A stretch of DNA of 63,709 bases, the filler included, from Phoronis australis (Eukaryota; Animalia; Phoronida), in the NCBI GenBank assembly GCA_002633005.1. It is 8 parts of 8 records of this genome, joined end to end, with 100 filler letters (N's around TTAATTAATTAA, not from the genome) between each part and the next. Parts side by side here need not be neighbours in the genome. Positions count along the whole stretch, not along the records: positions 24,890 to 31,229 come from NMRA01001229.1; positions 31,330 to 40,719 come from NMRA01000921.1; 6 more parts are not named here. One strand, given 5' to 3'. The notes below the pieces were generated by a model. The model saw only the letters and a program-made list of their open reading frames with translations, was not told the origin of the DNA and did not search any database. Below, one piece after another: positions 24,960-38,456 of this stretch (positions are counted from its first letter, which is position 1; each line of letters starts with the position of its first letter). A program made the position numbers and the translations under genes.

Positions 24960-27900
24960 GTGACAGCGATTGAGTTTGAATTCTAAATTTTTGGATCATT
25001 TGGTGCATCCATGGGGTCATTAGGTGCATTTTTCTACTGAAAGTTTCACCAATTCATTCATGTTGTATTCTTAGTGCTTCAAGTAAAATATCTGTGATTC
25101 TTAGCATTAACCACACTTTAAATTGGTTTTACAATTATTCCCTCATCGGGGTTCATAATGCACCGGAAGAGGTCAGTTAGTGGAAAGGTCATCAAGATAT
25201 TAACATGTAATTTCTCCTCCAATTTTAAAGAATTCCTTTTCGTATTGCTAAACGGGTTGCTGTCAGTAACTTGCCATAACAATTCCTTTAAAACGCACGC
25301 GCAGAGTCCATTATTGTCACGCCAGGACAATAATCTTTCTAGTTCTTCTTATTCTTATTCTTATTCTTCTTCCGACCAACTTTGAGGCTTAATAACTCCA
25401 AATTGGGTGCAGGTACGGTCTTTAAATTCAGCATATGACTTTTGACAGTATATAAATTTTGATTGGTTATATAATCATATTCCATATTGCACCGGAAGAG
25501 GGCGTTTGGTGCAAAGGTCATATAATTTTCAAAATGCTACTCCTCCTTCAGTTTTAAAGCTATCTTTTTCAAAGTCGGTGCACAGGTATTTGTCAACATG
25601 ACAATTTAAAAATTTACTTTTCTAAGTAATCGGGTCATCCAATCAGGTGAAATAGGTCAAAGGTCATTGGGTGCAAACTAAAATTTTGAGCTAGACACTT
25701 CAAATTGACAGGTCTGATTGCCACAGGTAAATCAAATTGGAATCCAACGTTTCAAGTCATTTAGTGCAAACATGGGGTCATTAGGTGCATTTTTCTTCTG
25801 AAAATTTGACCTTTTCAATCAGCAAGTATTCAGATGTGTCAACCGTTAGACAACTGTGATTCTCAGCGTTCAACACATTTTCCATGGTCTTTGCAATAAA
25901 TCTTGTGAAGATGCTTAAAATGCACCGGATAAGGTCAATTAGTGCAAAGGTCATGTAACGTTCAAAATGTTATATCTCTTACGTTTTTCAAGGAATTCTT
26001 TTCAATTTCAGCACACTGGTGTAAGTCAACATGCCAATTGAATACCCTTCTTTACTTTACAATAAGTCTAACCAATCAGAAAAATAGGTCAAAGGCCATT
26101 GAGTGCAAACTAAAATTTTGAGCTTGAGACTTCAGAATTACGTATCTGTTTACTAAGTGCGATTGAGTTTGAATTCTAAATTTTCAGGTCATTTGGTGCA
26201 ACCATGGGGTCATTAGGTGCATTTTTCTTCTGAAAGTTTGACCAATTCATTCATCTTGTATTCTGAAGTGCTTAAAGTAAAACATCTGTGATTTTTAGCA
26301 TTAACCCGAGTTTTAATGGAGTTAACAATTACTCCCCCATCGGGGCTCATAATACACCGGAAGAGGTCAATTAGTGGAAAGGTCATCAAAATATTAATAT
26401 GTAATTTCTCCTACAATTTTAAAGAATTCCTTTTCATATTGGTAAACGGGTTGCTGTCAGTAACTTCCCATAATAATTCCAGTAATACGCACGCGCAGAG
26501 TCCGTTATTGTCACGACGTGACAATAATCTTTCTAGTTCTTGTTCTTCTTCTTATTCTTCTTCCGACCAACTTCGAGGCTTAATAACTCCAAAATGGGTG
26601 CAGGTACGGTCTTTAAATTCAGCATATGACTTTTGACAGTATATAAATTTTGATTGGTTATATAATCATACTCCATATTGCACCGGAAGAGGTCGTTTGG
26701 TGCAAAGGTCATAAAATTTTCAAAATGCTACTCCTTCAGTTTTAAAGCTATCTTTTTCAAATTCTGTGCACAGGTATAAGTCAACATGACAATTAAAGAA
26801 TTGCTTTTCTAAGTAATCGGGTCATCCAATCAGGTGAAATAGGTCAAAGGTCATTAGGTACAAACTAAAATTTTGGGCTAGACACTTCAAATTGACAGGT
26901 CTGATTGCCCCGGTAAATCAAATCAGAATCCAAAGTTTCAGGTCATTTGGTGCAAACATGGGGTCATTAGGTGCATTTTTCTTCTGAAAATTTGACCTTT
27001 TCAATCAGCAAGTTTTCTGATGTGTCAACCGTTAGACAACTGTGATTCTCAGCGTTAAACACATTTTCCATGGGCTTTGCAATAATTCTCCTAAAGATGT
27101 TTAAAATGCACCGGATAAGGTCAATTAGTGCAAAGGTCATGTAACGTTCAAAATGTTATATCTCTTAGGTTTTTCAAGGAATTCTTTTCAATTTCAGCAC
27201 ACATGTATAAGTCAACATGACAATTTAAATTTTACTTTTCTAAGCAATTGGGTCATCCAATCAGGTTAAACAGGTCAAAGGTCATTACGTGCAAACTAAA
27301 ATTTTGAGCTAGACACTTCAAATTCACAGTTCTGATTGGCACAGATAATTCAATTTGGAATCCAAAGTTTCAGGTCATTTAGTGCAAACATCGGGTCAAT
27401 AGGTGCATTTTTCTTCTGAAAATTTGACCTTTTCATTCTCCAAGTACACTGATCAGTCAACCGTTAGACAACTGTGATTCTCAGCATTAAACACATTGTT
27501 CATGGGCGTTGTAATAATTCTCCTAAAGACGCTTATAATGCACCGGATAGGGTCAATTAGTGCAAAGGTCATTTAACGTTCAAAATGTTATATCTCTGAC
27601 GTTTTTCAAGGAATTGTTTTCAATTTCAGCACACTAGTGTATGTCAACATGCCAGTTGAACAACCTACTTAACTACGCAATAGGCCTAACAAATCAGAAA
27701 AAAATAGGTCAAAGGTCATTGAGTGCAAAATTAAAATTTTGAGCTAGAGACTTCAAAATTACTTATCTGTTTACTAAACGCGATTGAGTTTGAATTCTAA
27801 ATTTTTGGGTCATTTGGTGCTTCCATGGGGTCATTAGGTGCATTTTTCTTCTGAAAGTTTGACCAATTCATTCATGTTGTATTCTGAAGTGCTTAAAGTA

Positions 27901-28159
27901 AAACATTTGTGATTTTTAGCATTAACCACACTTTTAATCGAGTTTACAATTATTCTCTCATCGGGGCTCATAATGCACCGGAAGAGGTCAATTAGTGAAA
28001 AGGTCATCAAAATATTAAAATGTAATTTCTCCTACAATTTTAAAGAATTAATTTTCATATTGGTAAACGGGTTGCTGTCAGTAACTTCCCATAACAATTC
28101 CTTTAATACGCACGCGCAGAGTCCATTATTGTCACGCCGTGACAATAATCTTTCTAGTT
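24960..28159. repeat. Hierarchical satellite (higher-order units of ~1193 and ~1621 bp built from related subunits)
   Basis: GCGATTGAGTTTGAATTCTAAATTTT at 24966, 26159 and 27780; TGCACCGGA and GGTCAAAGGTCA recur; runs into a gap. Confidence 0.92.
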
Positions 28160-31100
28160 NNNNNNNNNNNNNNNNNNNNNNNNNNNNNNNNNNNNNNNNN
28201 NNNNNNNNNNNNNNNNNNNNNNNNNNNNNNNNNNNNNNNNNNNNNNNNNNNNNNNNNNNNNNNNNNNNNNNNNNNNNNNNNNNNNNNNNNNNNNNNNNNN
28301 NNNNNNNNNNNNNNNNNNNNNNNNNNNNNNNNNNNNNNNNNNNNNNNNNNNNNNNNNNNNNNNNNNNNNNNNNNNNNNNNNNNNNNNNNNNNNNNNNNNN
28401 NNNNNNNNNNNNNNNNNNNNNNNNNNCCCCCCAAGACCCCCTGGTTGCGCACGTGTGCTAGTCAGCAATTCGCACCCGAACTCAAAAATGGGATCTGATA
28501 CAATTTTAGAGGGGCCATGCCCCCCTAAACCCCTAAATCCGTAGTCATGAAAACACAGCCTGGCTGGCCCATTCTCCGGTCGTTACTATGACGCTTGACA
28601 ACTGACCGAGATGCGACAAAATATGATCCAACTTTTCGAAAACTTTTACAAATTTTACACGGACATATTTTGCTTCGTCGCGGCGTATGGCAACGACCCA
28701 ACGCTTCCGAATCTCAACGTCTTTAGAGATTGTAAAGCAGACATTTACGTGTCCGTATTTTTTCTAGTCGTTCGCGGAACAACACGGACTGAAACACAGA
28801 ACTATGCCGATAAGCTAACAGAGCTATCGTAGCGAGCCTCGTTTTGGAACGCGCCTCCTGTCGGCGTGACTGAATAGGGTCTGTTGTCACCGGCTGTAAT
28901 ATGACTGTCGACAGCAAGACATTGTTGAACGCTTAGCCACTGTGTACTACCATAGACATCACATAAGATGTCTATGGTGTACTACCCTCGCTCATTTTCA
29001 CGAAAAACGTCGCTCTACTCGGTTGGCGACTAGTCTTTCACATATGGCACATCACATTTACAAAATACCGCGAAAAACGGGTGATGGGGCTGGATCTCGC
29101 GAGATCATGTCGGTTCGTATCCGCGCCAAATAAACCGCAGAAAAACGTTTCGTCATTGTTGTAATTTGAATGAGTTTTGTAGCAGTTAGGACTAAGTTAT
29201 TAAAATGATAATTATAATCCTTGTAGATGAGAAAATCCGTATTTGTCGACTCGTTTACGTATCAAAATAAAGACTTATCTCCCTTGTCATGCATACTCGG
29301 GGAATTCCCTGTCAATGGAATCCCCGAGTAGAATCGCGACTAATGCGGACGATATTGGAGTACCTGTAGTAATAATTGAAACAATTTTAAAACGAAAAAC
29401 ATCATTGAAGCGGTTTAGTTATCACTAAGTGAACATAACAGGTTCACTGCGATTAAAATAAAACTAGCAGAAGAAGCACAATTGACAGGTCAACTAATTG
29501 CGCTATTGACGTTCCCACACTGAACTGCAATTTGTTTGCTTATTAGCCCTGTAGTTCACCAAACTTTAGTAGATCTTTGCCGTGCACTAATTACAATACC
29601 AGAATAGCAACATTTTTTGCGAGACATTAGTGATGATGATACTGATGATGAAGAAACTATTGGTGACTAATACTGTTCCAGTGGCAGATCAAGGACCAGA
29701 AGGGGGCCCCAACATGTTGCCTCCGGGATTTGAACAGAGCACGGTTGTATGTGTACAGGCGTCCCGAAAGTTGAGTACATCTCGGTAGGCAGTAACAGCG
29801 TGGCATGTTGACTGACTCGTAAACAAAAGCAAACGACGTCCGAACTTATCACAACTGAGGTAGAACAATGACTAACTCGACTGCTCTCACAGTCAGACTG
29901 TATGAAAAGAAATTGGCGCGAAATTCTTGCCTCCCAAAACGTCACTTCCGGAGTAGACGACGAGTAATTAATTAAATTACGAAAAGCTGTAAATAAGTGA
30001 AAAATAGGTCTGGGATAATCAACGAACCCTATTTTTGCTAAAAATGACATGAAAAAAGGTTGCCTTCGCCTTTAACCTTCTGTTCGGGAAATCTATCGAC
30101 GAAAAAGAATTGAAAAAATAAAAAACGGGAACGAGACCCAACCACGATCTGGGGTCTGAGTCCTCCCCCCCCCCCTTCTCCAGTACCGGTCCTAGTTATA
30201 TTTGATCACGCGTTGCGCTGTTGCTGTTTCATTTTGCTTGCGGCAGCCCCTGCCCCCCTAAATGCGCCTATGTGTTCCAATTAGTGATATAACTAAAGGA
30301 AATTATCAAGTAATGTATGCTAACCCCGAGGCTCTGACATCAACAAGTGATGGTGTGAAACGCTTGCAAAACAAGGAATTAGCTTCCAAAACAAGGAATC
30401 AACTTCCAACGAGGCATTTGTGATAATCAACGAAGGACACATTGTGTTAGAATGACGAGTTTAATGCAGATAAAAATACTTTCAATCACACCTCACTTTC
30501 AATAACATCTATTCGTATCACAACAGGTTTCACAGCACCAATTTCCAAATCTGAGCCTGGAACTTTTACGGAAATCTTGGAAAGCTGCCAAAAAATAATC
30601 AAAAACATCAGTTTATTCCATGCAGATGCACTAAATAAAAAATGCCTCCCAAGAGATACGACAACCTGGTATTAACAAGGAACCCAGCAGCCCTTTTAGG
30701 TCACCCTCAAGTACAGAGTCAGAAATCCACATCATTAAAATAAGATTTTCATGGGTGATTTTACTGTCAAAATTGCCCTTTAATTTTTGATTTTTGATAG
30801 AGTAACACCATCAGTGATAGTGTTATCAAAGTAACAAATGTACAGAGAACATCACGTAGGCATGCATTCTTAACCATAACTATATATAGGCAATCAAAAA
30901 TCTATAACATTTTAAATGTTTATGTAAAAGTAATCCTGTATTATACATTGACGTTAGATGCTAAAGACACAATTGTAACATTTCATGATCTCGTTAAACC
31001 GTTTATTTTTTCCAAAACATATGTAAATAGTAACATTTTATCACATGGCACAAGTTCCCTTGGTATGTATCAGTCTAGCCAATTAAAATAAATATTATTC

Positions 31101-31884
31101 TTTGATCAAAACCCCCTTAACCATATGAAGCACTGAGATCATTCAGTGGCTAACTCAGTATGCAACTGATTTTGACAACACACAAACATCATTTCTTGTG
31201 AGAAAAACACTTGTAGCTTACATATCAGANNNNNNNNNNNNNNNNNNNNNNNNNNNNNNNNNNNNNNNNNNNNTTAATTAATTAANNNNNNNNNNNNNNN
31301 NNNNNNNNNNNNNNNNNNNNNNNNNNNNNAAGCAAAGCGTCTGGTGATCTTGATAGCGTACATGTATGATCTGGCCACCTCAGGTAGTAAGTGACGCTGA
31401 ATGAGAAGTGGTAACTACATGTTTGGCGCGAAAATAAAAAAATCATGCTTGTATTGCCAGCCACCCCCCTCCCCGAATTTTGCACATTCTAATGAGTCAC
31501 CACTCGAGATTTGGTTCCGTTTCAGTCCTAAAATCGCATAATAATTCTGTGCTCAGCTGTAAGAAAAAATACAATTTTTTGAAACGGTGCTCAGTCTTAA
31601 TAAAGTTTCCAGCATGAGAGCGCTTTGATCAGAAATGCCAAGCACACGCAGAGTTGTAAGACAGAGACGTTGGCGTTTCCGTATGTCCACAAAAGTGCTT
31701 TGAGCAGTGTGTACAACTTTGTTCATTTCGCTTTTCTGCACTGACGACTATGATCAACACGCTGTTTTAACTCCACTTTTGAGTGCATTTTCAAAAATAA
31801 ATGTTTGGTTGGTGAATTCAGCGAGTCGGTGCCCACGGGCAGGAAAACGTATCTGCGTAAATAAAGAGTTGCGTTTTCATTCAG

Positions 31885-32060
31885 AGCATGAGCTCAAGGA
31901 CTACCTGAGACAGGAAATAAAACCGATTACCAAACAGAAACTTGTCCAATGAATATATAGCTCTTGGAAAACTGTTACCCCGAAGAAATGTGCAAAATAC
32001 GAACGTCGTTTACGAAAGATTGTACCAGAAGTGATTCGTTGCAGTGCAGCCGCACGGGAT
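31885..32060 (+). mobile_element. Tc1/mariner (IS630-Tc1 type) transposase C-terminal relic
   Basis: HELKDYLRQEIKPITKQKLVQ*IYSSWKTVTPKKCAKYERRLRKIVPEVI resembles the post-catalytic C-terminus of Tc1-like transposases; contains an in-frame stop. Confidence 0.6.
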
Positions 32061-32834
32061 AGTAAAAACACTGTGCTGTGCACTAGTTACCTGAATGGAA
32101 AGCTGAAGCGGAAAAATCCAGAACACACATTTTCTATTCAGGAATTGAAATCTCTGTAGAATCAAAAACAATTTGCAACCAGGAATTATTGCGTTAGAAA
32201 ACTTATCACGCCAGGAGAGAATTGTTTTCATGCCCGGAGACTACGTGATCACCCATTATGCAATGATGACAACCCAGTGTGTACCTATACATTGGCATCT
32301 ATTGTAAAACGTGGGTTAGACGAAAGAAATTCAACCCCATTTCGAAGATAATATGTCTGTTGTCGGCCAGAGGTTGAACATATAGCCCTTGTTTAGTATA
32401 GTACGGACAGTATCACTTTGAAAGATCAATGCTTGGGGATGGTGACGTGGTGTTCTGGCGTGAAAGTTACTGACATGGTAAGTTTTTGAACCTGACTTAT
32501 TAAATTTTCAATCGGTCGTATTTTATTTTGATCCTGAAATGAAGAATTTTTGGTCCTCACTTGATAAATTATAGGTGCTGATGTGATAAATTTTCAGTCG
32601 GTCTTCTGTGTGAAAACAATTTCAATGTATTGGATTGTTTTAATTCCTGCTTAATTAAAATGTCTGGTTTTGAGATATTTATTTTTGGTCCTGGAGAGTT
32701 TGCATGTTCTGCTTGGTTTTAATCCTGCATAGAAAAGATATGTCGTTAAATGTTTCAAATTAGGCCTCCCATAAATGGGGGGAGAGCAGGTTGTGTAGCA
32801 TCGTACTATGTAACTTCTAATATAAATCTAGGTG

Positions 32835-34085
32835 TTCGTGATTTAGTAATACTATAAAAAATGAGTAGTTATGACTATGAAAAATGAGAAGTTGAGGTTT
32901 CTTTTGAAATACTGTATCCTTTGTACACGCCTGGTGTACATGGCTCAGTGTGATATTATCTAAGCTTTATTATCGTCTATGGCTTAACAGCTATATATCT
33001 TAATTCATGCCTGTAAAAGAGGTACTCCCAGGATCATCAAGCATGTGTATGTTTTTATTCTAATGAGGCGTGCTTCGAATGTACAATTAGTAATTATACT
33101 TTTGCAATGGTTCATAACAAACGGATTCATTAAACCCAGTAAATATTTTTGCAACTGCTGACTCTGCATATCAGACGTGCATATTGCATCATACCTCATC
33201 AGAGTAAAACTTGTTATCAATCATAGTAGAAAAAAATCATTTTTATCATTGCCACAAGACGTTAACAAACGCAGTGAGTGTCTGTAACTGTTGTGTCTAG
33301 ATTGCTGATGAACTAAAATTGGTCTACATGTATTTCCATTTTTATATCACTGATTCATGCCAAAGGTTTGAAATTGCGCCCCTCTAAGAGTTTTGACTTG
33401 CCCTGTGATCACTAGAATCCGATGCAATAAACTTATAGAAGTTGTTTTTTAACCAGTGTAANTTCGTGATTTAGTAATACTATGAAAAATGAGTAGTTAT
33501 GACTATGAAAAATGAGTAGTTGAGGCTTCTTTTGAAATATCGTATCCTTTGTATATGCCTGGTGTAGATGGCTCAGTGTGATATTACGTAAGCTTTATTA
33601 TCCTCTATGGCTTAACAACTATATATCTTCATTCATGCCTGTAAAAGAGGTACTCCCAGGATCATCAAGCATGTGTATGTGTTTATTCTAATGAGGCGTG
33701 CTTCGAATGTACAATTAGTAATCATACTTTTGCAGTGGTTCATAACAAACGGATTCATTAAACCCAGTAAGTATTTTTTCAACTGATGACTCTGCATATT
33801 AGACGTGCATATTGCATTAAACCTCATCAGAGTAAAACTTGTTATCAATCATAGTAGAAAAAATTATTTTTATCATTGCCACAAGACGTTAACAAACGCA
33901 GTGAGTGTCTGTAACTGTTGTGTCTAGATTGCTGATGAACTAAAGTCGGTCTACATGTATTTCCATTTTTATATCACTGATTCATGCCAAAGGTTTGAAA
34001 CTGCGCCCCTTTAAGAGTTTTGACTTGCCCTAGTGATCACTAGAATCCGATGCAATAAACTTATAGAAGTTGTTTTTTAACCAGT
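32835..34085. repeat. ~627-bp direct duplication separated by a single N
   Basis: 32835-33460 is nearly identical to 33463-34085. Confidence 0.9.
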
Positions 34086-36016
34086 ATATTATAGCTGAAA
34101 ATTGTGTGCGTTTTCGTTTGCGAGAGTGTTCTTTTTGAATCAATGGGTTAATCAGTTTACGCTCTACATGAAAACACAGACTACTTTTTTTAGGATTACT
34201 TGTACCAAGTTACCCCGAAAATATTATTATCAAAGTTTTACCCCTTGGAGTATACGCGAAACGCCAAGTATTGTGTTCTTACGCGAAAGGACTCGGAAGG
34301 CTCTAGCCTTGGTGCGAAGTTGTTTACTAAATTAAATATACAAATTTGCGCCATTGTGGGTAAAAACGTAAAAACTGACCGAATAAAATCTTCCTAGAGT
34401 AATTTAAATTATTTACCAGCTTTGCAAAAAATGGTTTTCTACAATTATTCTGCTGCTAAAGTTATGGTGTGATCTTATGCGTCGACTTTCGACCCAANTT
34501 TCGCCCCAATGAAATATTGCGTCACCTTTTAGCCAGTTTCTTTTTCCCAGATTCTTCAATCAAACGTTCTCCCTCGAGGTTACGTAAACGTCACAACAAA
34601 TGATCAGAATTGGTTTCACTTCAATATATGTTTTTGGATTTTTGATATCAGTGAACCGAATTTTCGAACAAATTTTGCTGAGATGTTGTCATCATCTAAT
34701 GAGAGATGTTGAAAACATTTTGGAAGTAGCGCGTGTCACAGTGAACTTTTTTCAAAACGGCGATATACGTTTTCTCGTTAAAAAGGCAGAGAATTACGCA
34801 AGAAGATGACGTCGGATGTTTCTCACTTAAACGGCCGTAACGGGCAACTTGAGTGCCAATTGACTTCCAGATTTTGCATGCACATCCGCCAGTCTTGAGC
34901 TCATGTTGATACAAGCTTTTCGACGAGGTGACAAACGTAACTATCCGGGCTGTGTGAAGTATCGAGGTCTGTTTGGTCTCAATAAGCATTGGCACCTTGC
35001 TGTATTTTGAAAATAGTCTTCATGCAACTAGCTGGCTTCATAGGAAGGCTCTAGTTTCGAAAAGATGTTTTACTGCGAAAGTGACAACAATTTCTGAATG
35101 ATGATGGATGATACTATACACCGATCAGTCTTCCGTTTTCATGCGCCCATGATTTAATATCGGCGCTATGTTCAAACCATTGTTTATGTTGTTTCTCAAA
35201 TGAAATTGGGTTCTATTGCTGTACCAACATATTAAGAAATTATACAGAAATAAGCAATAATTATCTGTGGTAAATCGCAATATACAGCGTGATGAAGTGA
35301 TCATCAAGAGCAATAACGTATGAGCGCAAATGCGTGATGCTTGTTGAGCATTCCGCTGCATGAAAACACTTGAGATCGTGTATTGAGTGTTGTATTCTGA
35401 TTGTTATGCAATTTTATTGTAAATTTCAAATTTCGTGCTTGTTTTTGTGCAAAATGTACTGTATAAAAAGTCTCATATCTAAATTTAGAAATTATGCTTC
35501 CGCGATATCACTTAACGTTTGATTTTACCACGCCGTCGTTAATTCAACATAAAGTTTTAGGCTGGTGTAATGTCACGCACTCCGTATTTGTAGGTTGATT
35601 CGATTTTATTTCCTTTCAAAAGTGGAACAAATGTTTATAAACCGATGTCAAGACTTGAGTTGCCAGTGGTGAACGAACAGCGAACAGTTAAATGTTTGTT
35701 TGGCCAAAGTTCACCCGTTAAGTCATAAAATGGTAATTGCCGACCAAGGACACGCTTAATCCGAATTGGTCGTCTACGCTAGGTGACCACTTAGCCGACC
35801 CAAGTGCGGACCACAGAGGCGACTCAGTAGACGGCTCCTAGTCGACCGTTGTTGGTCGGCTGCTGGTCGGCTAGACGACCGGTCGACGGCCGGTCGTCGA
35901 CCAATTTCCGACCGGTCGGCCAAAAATTCGTGATGTGTGCTGTAACCAGCACTGAACTATTCAACTAATTCAACTAATTCTACCAATTGTAGCACCATCT
36001 GGAGTATTACTGGCAC

Positions 36017-36250
36017 TGTGAGAAAGAATGATCTGAGTCTCTGACTTGCGTTGAGGTGGTGTTACGGACTCCCATCTATTGGCTGTTGCATAAACCACAG
36101 TTGAAGTTACTGTATAACTATAGGTGGCGCGCTAGTCGCCGCGCATGTGCAACCCCATTTTTCTTTGGTGACGAATATAGTTTTGAACTGAGAAGACGTG
36201 TTTCTTGTTCGTTCTTCCGTCATCCCACACAATTTCGTGTGTCATTAACA
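36017..36250 (+). mobile_element. Putative 5' LTR of the BEL/Pao element
   Basis: Ends in ..TTAACA, 2 nt before the PBS; the TG start is uncertain; no 3' LTR is visible. Confidence 0.5.
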
Positions 36251-36252
36251 GT

Positions 36253-36270
36253 TGGTGCCGAAACGAGGGA
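36253..36270 (+). promoter_or_regulatory. Primer-binding site (tRNA-Phe-like)
   Basis: TGGTGCCGAAACGAGGGA versus TGGTGCCGAAACCCGGGA, the complement of the tRNA-Phe 3' end (16/18). Confidence 0.8.
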
Positions 36271-36459
36271 TTCTAGGTTTTAGATTTCAGCTTGCTCTAG
36301 AATGGAGGAGGCAAGGAAAAAGCGGACGTCTGCCAAAATATGGAGTTCGCGCTCAGCGAACAATTTGACCAAGGTGTGAACTGGTTAAAACACTTGTCAG
36401 CGACTTAAGTAAAAAAACTGTCTGTCCTGGACTTAAAGCAGGATGAAGTTGAGTCCTTT

Positions 36460-38019
36460 ATGGACGAAGATTCGTTGGAGGCTGAGATTCAGTCTGCTGG
36501 TCCGCACAGGGAATTTATTTTATCTGTCCTAACCAAAGGGAATAAATTTTTGAAAAATAAAGATGGCTTCGGACACGTGAGTGGACCATCTGCGGGGTCG
36601 CCGTTGGAAGCTCAAGTCAGACTGCCGAAATTAGAGTTACCTCATTTTTCGGGCACTTTAGTGAAATGGACCACCTTCTGGGACCAGTTCAAAGCAGTCG
36701 TACACACAAATGATAAAGTTCCTATTATCAACAAGTTTACCTATTTGCGTTCGCTGTTGAAGGGTGAAGCTCTTCAGGTCATAGCAGGCCTGACTCTGAC
36801 TGAGGCTCATTATGAGGAGGCTTGTGACTTACTTGTCAACAGGTTTGGTAAACCCGAACGTATTATCTTCGCGCACATTCAGGCACTTTTGAATGTGGAA
36901 TCGCCTCCAGTGGGAAGACTCCATTTACTGAGAAGTCTTCAAAACAAGCTACAGGGATATGTACGAAGCCTCCAAGCTTTGGGAGTCTCTGGGGATTCCT
37001 ATGGTCTGTTTCTCATGCCAGTTTTACTTTCGAGACTACCAAAGGAACTGCAAATGGAGTGGGCTAGAGGTAGTGTCGGTAAGGAGAGTGATCTGCCCGG
37101 ACTCTTGATTTTTCTGGATAAAGAAATCGAGAGGAGAGAGCGCTCGGAAACTTACATGCAGGACTCACAGTCACATTCTCAGCCAACGTGGAAGTCAAAG
37201 CCCAAATATTCACCAATGACAGTATCAGCATTAGGAGCGGCAACATCGGGGAAACTATGTGGTGTCTGCAAGAAGCATCATCAAACTGCGAAATGCTGGA
37301 CTTTACGAGACACAACTTCAGTGACTGCTCGAAAAGCAAAGCTTCTTGAAAACCGTTTCTGTTCCCGGTGTATGAAAAGAGGTCATTTTGCGGATGTTTG
37401 TGAATCAAAGTGTGAATTATGTAGTGGTGAACATCACAAATTATTGTGTCCTGAACCACCTGCGCAAGAACAACAAGATTCTGCTACTGGTATACTACAC
37501 TCTGTTTCTACAACTGTGCTACAGACAGCTCGCAGCAAATCAGGTGATACTTTGGTTAACATTTTCTTTGATACTGGTTCTGATCATACCTATGTCAGTC
37601 ATAACCCTGTGAAGAAACTAAAGCCTAAGTTAGTGGGCTCTCAAGCCATTAGTTACTCTACATTTGGTGGGGGTGAGTCCTCTAAAAGTAAACCTCATAA
37701 TGTTTATGAGATTAGTTTGAGTAACGTAGATAATAGTACTTCTACTATTCAATGTTTTGAGGTGCCGATCATTTGCAAACCTCTGAAGAGAGTTGGAGTA
37801 CCCAATGATATTTTGAAATCTGTCCCAATAGGGGAATTAGCTGATGCTTATTCTGAGTCTAGATGCCTCAGTGTTGATATTTTGATTGGTAATGACCAAT
37901 ATTGGATGATTATGTCAGATACACTTACCAGATTGCCAAATACTAGTCTAGTTGCCCAACAATCCAAGTTTGGGTGGGTGCTGCCAGGTCCAACCGAAGG
38001 GGATTTCCCAAGGTTGTGA
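36460..38019 (+). mobile_element. BEL/Pao LTR retrotransposon Gag plus aspartic protease ORF (N-terminus from 36302 disrupted)
   Basis: DUF1759-type LPKLELPHFSG..W..FWDQF..KFTYLRSLLKGEA; three Cys/His knuckles (CGVC..H..C, CSRC..H..C, CELC..H..C); protease FFDTGS and DILIG. Confidence 0.95.
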
Positions 38020-38028
38020 AATTCCAGA

Positions 38029-38277
38029 TTGGCGCAAATGAAAGCAGTTGGTTTCAAATTGGCTAGTTTACTTTGTTCTTGGACTTTCTTGCAGTCTAGA
38101 AGTTCTACATTGAAGCGGTTTTCAACAAAAACAAAGCGAACAAGTCTAACAGGTCACCACAGACAAGCCATGGCAGACGGCATGAAAATTTCTCAGATCT
38201 TTGATTATTTTCTGGTTCTTGATTTTGAAGCCACGTGTGAGCTAATACCAAATTGAATCCTCAGGAAATAATCGAGT
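38029..38277 (+). pseudogene. ERI3: Captured 5' fragment of an ERI3-like DEDDh 3'-5' exoribonuclease gene
   Basis: QIFDYFLVLDFEATCE, then after a frameshift NTKLNPQEIIE, matching the ERI Exo I motif (LVLDFEATC...PQEIIEF). Confidence 0.75.
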
Positions 38278-38349
38278 GGTACTGTGAAAAAAGGTGCCTT
38301 GGTATTAATTAGGGAAGACAATATCCCCAGGTGCAAGTGGCCCATGGGC
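38278..38349 (+). mobile_element. BEL/Pao post-integrase C-terminal (DUF5641-like) remnant
   Basis: GTVKKGALVLIREDNIPRCKWPMG. Confidence 0.85.
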
Positions 38350-38356
38350 ANCTATG

Positions 38357-38456
38357 ACTTGTGCATTGATGTCACTTGTGCATTGATGTCACTTGTGCAT
38401 TGACTGCAACTTGTGCATTGACTGCGACTTGTGCATTGACTGTGACTTGTGCATTA
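38357..38456 (+). repeat. 17-18-bp minisatellite x6
   Basis: ACTTGTGCATTGA repeated. Confidence 0.9.

Noticed and set aside
25158-28159. Repeated ORFs (MHRKRS...)
   Set aside because: Translations of the satellite, with inconsistent starts and stops and no domain.
32835-34085. 627-bp duplication as a biological event (also 18015-18090 versus 18193-18268)
   Set aside because: The copies are joined at a single N, typical of unmerged haplotype overlaps; unverifiable without reads.
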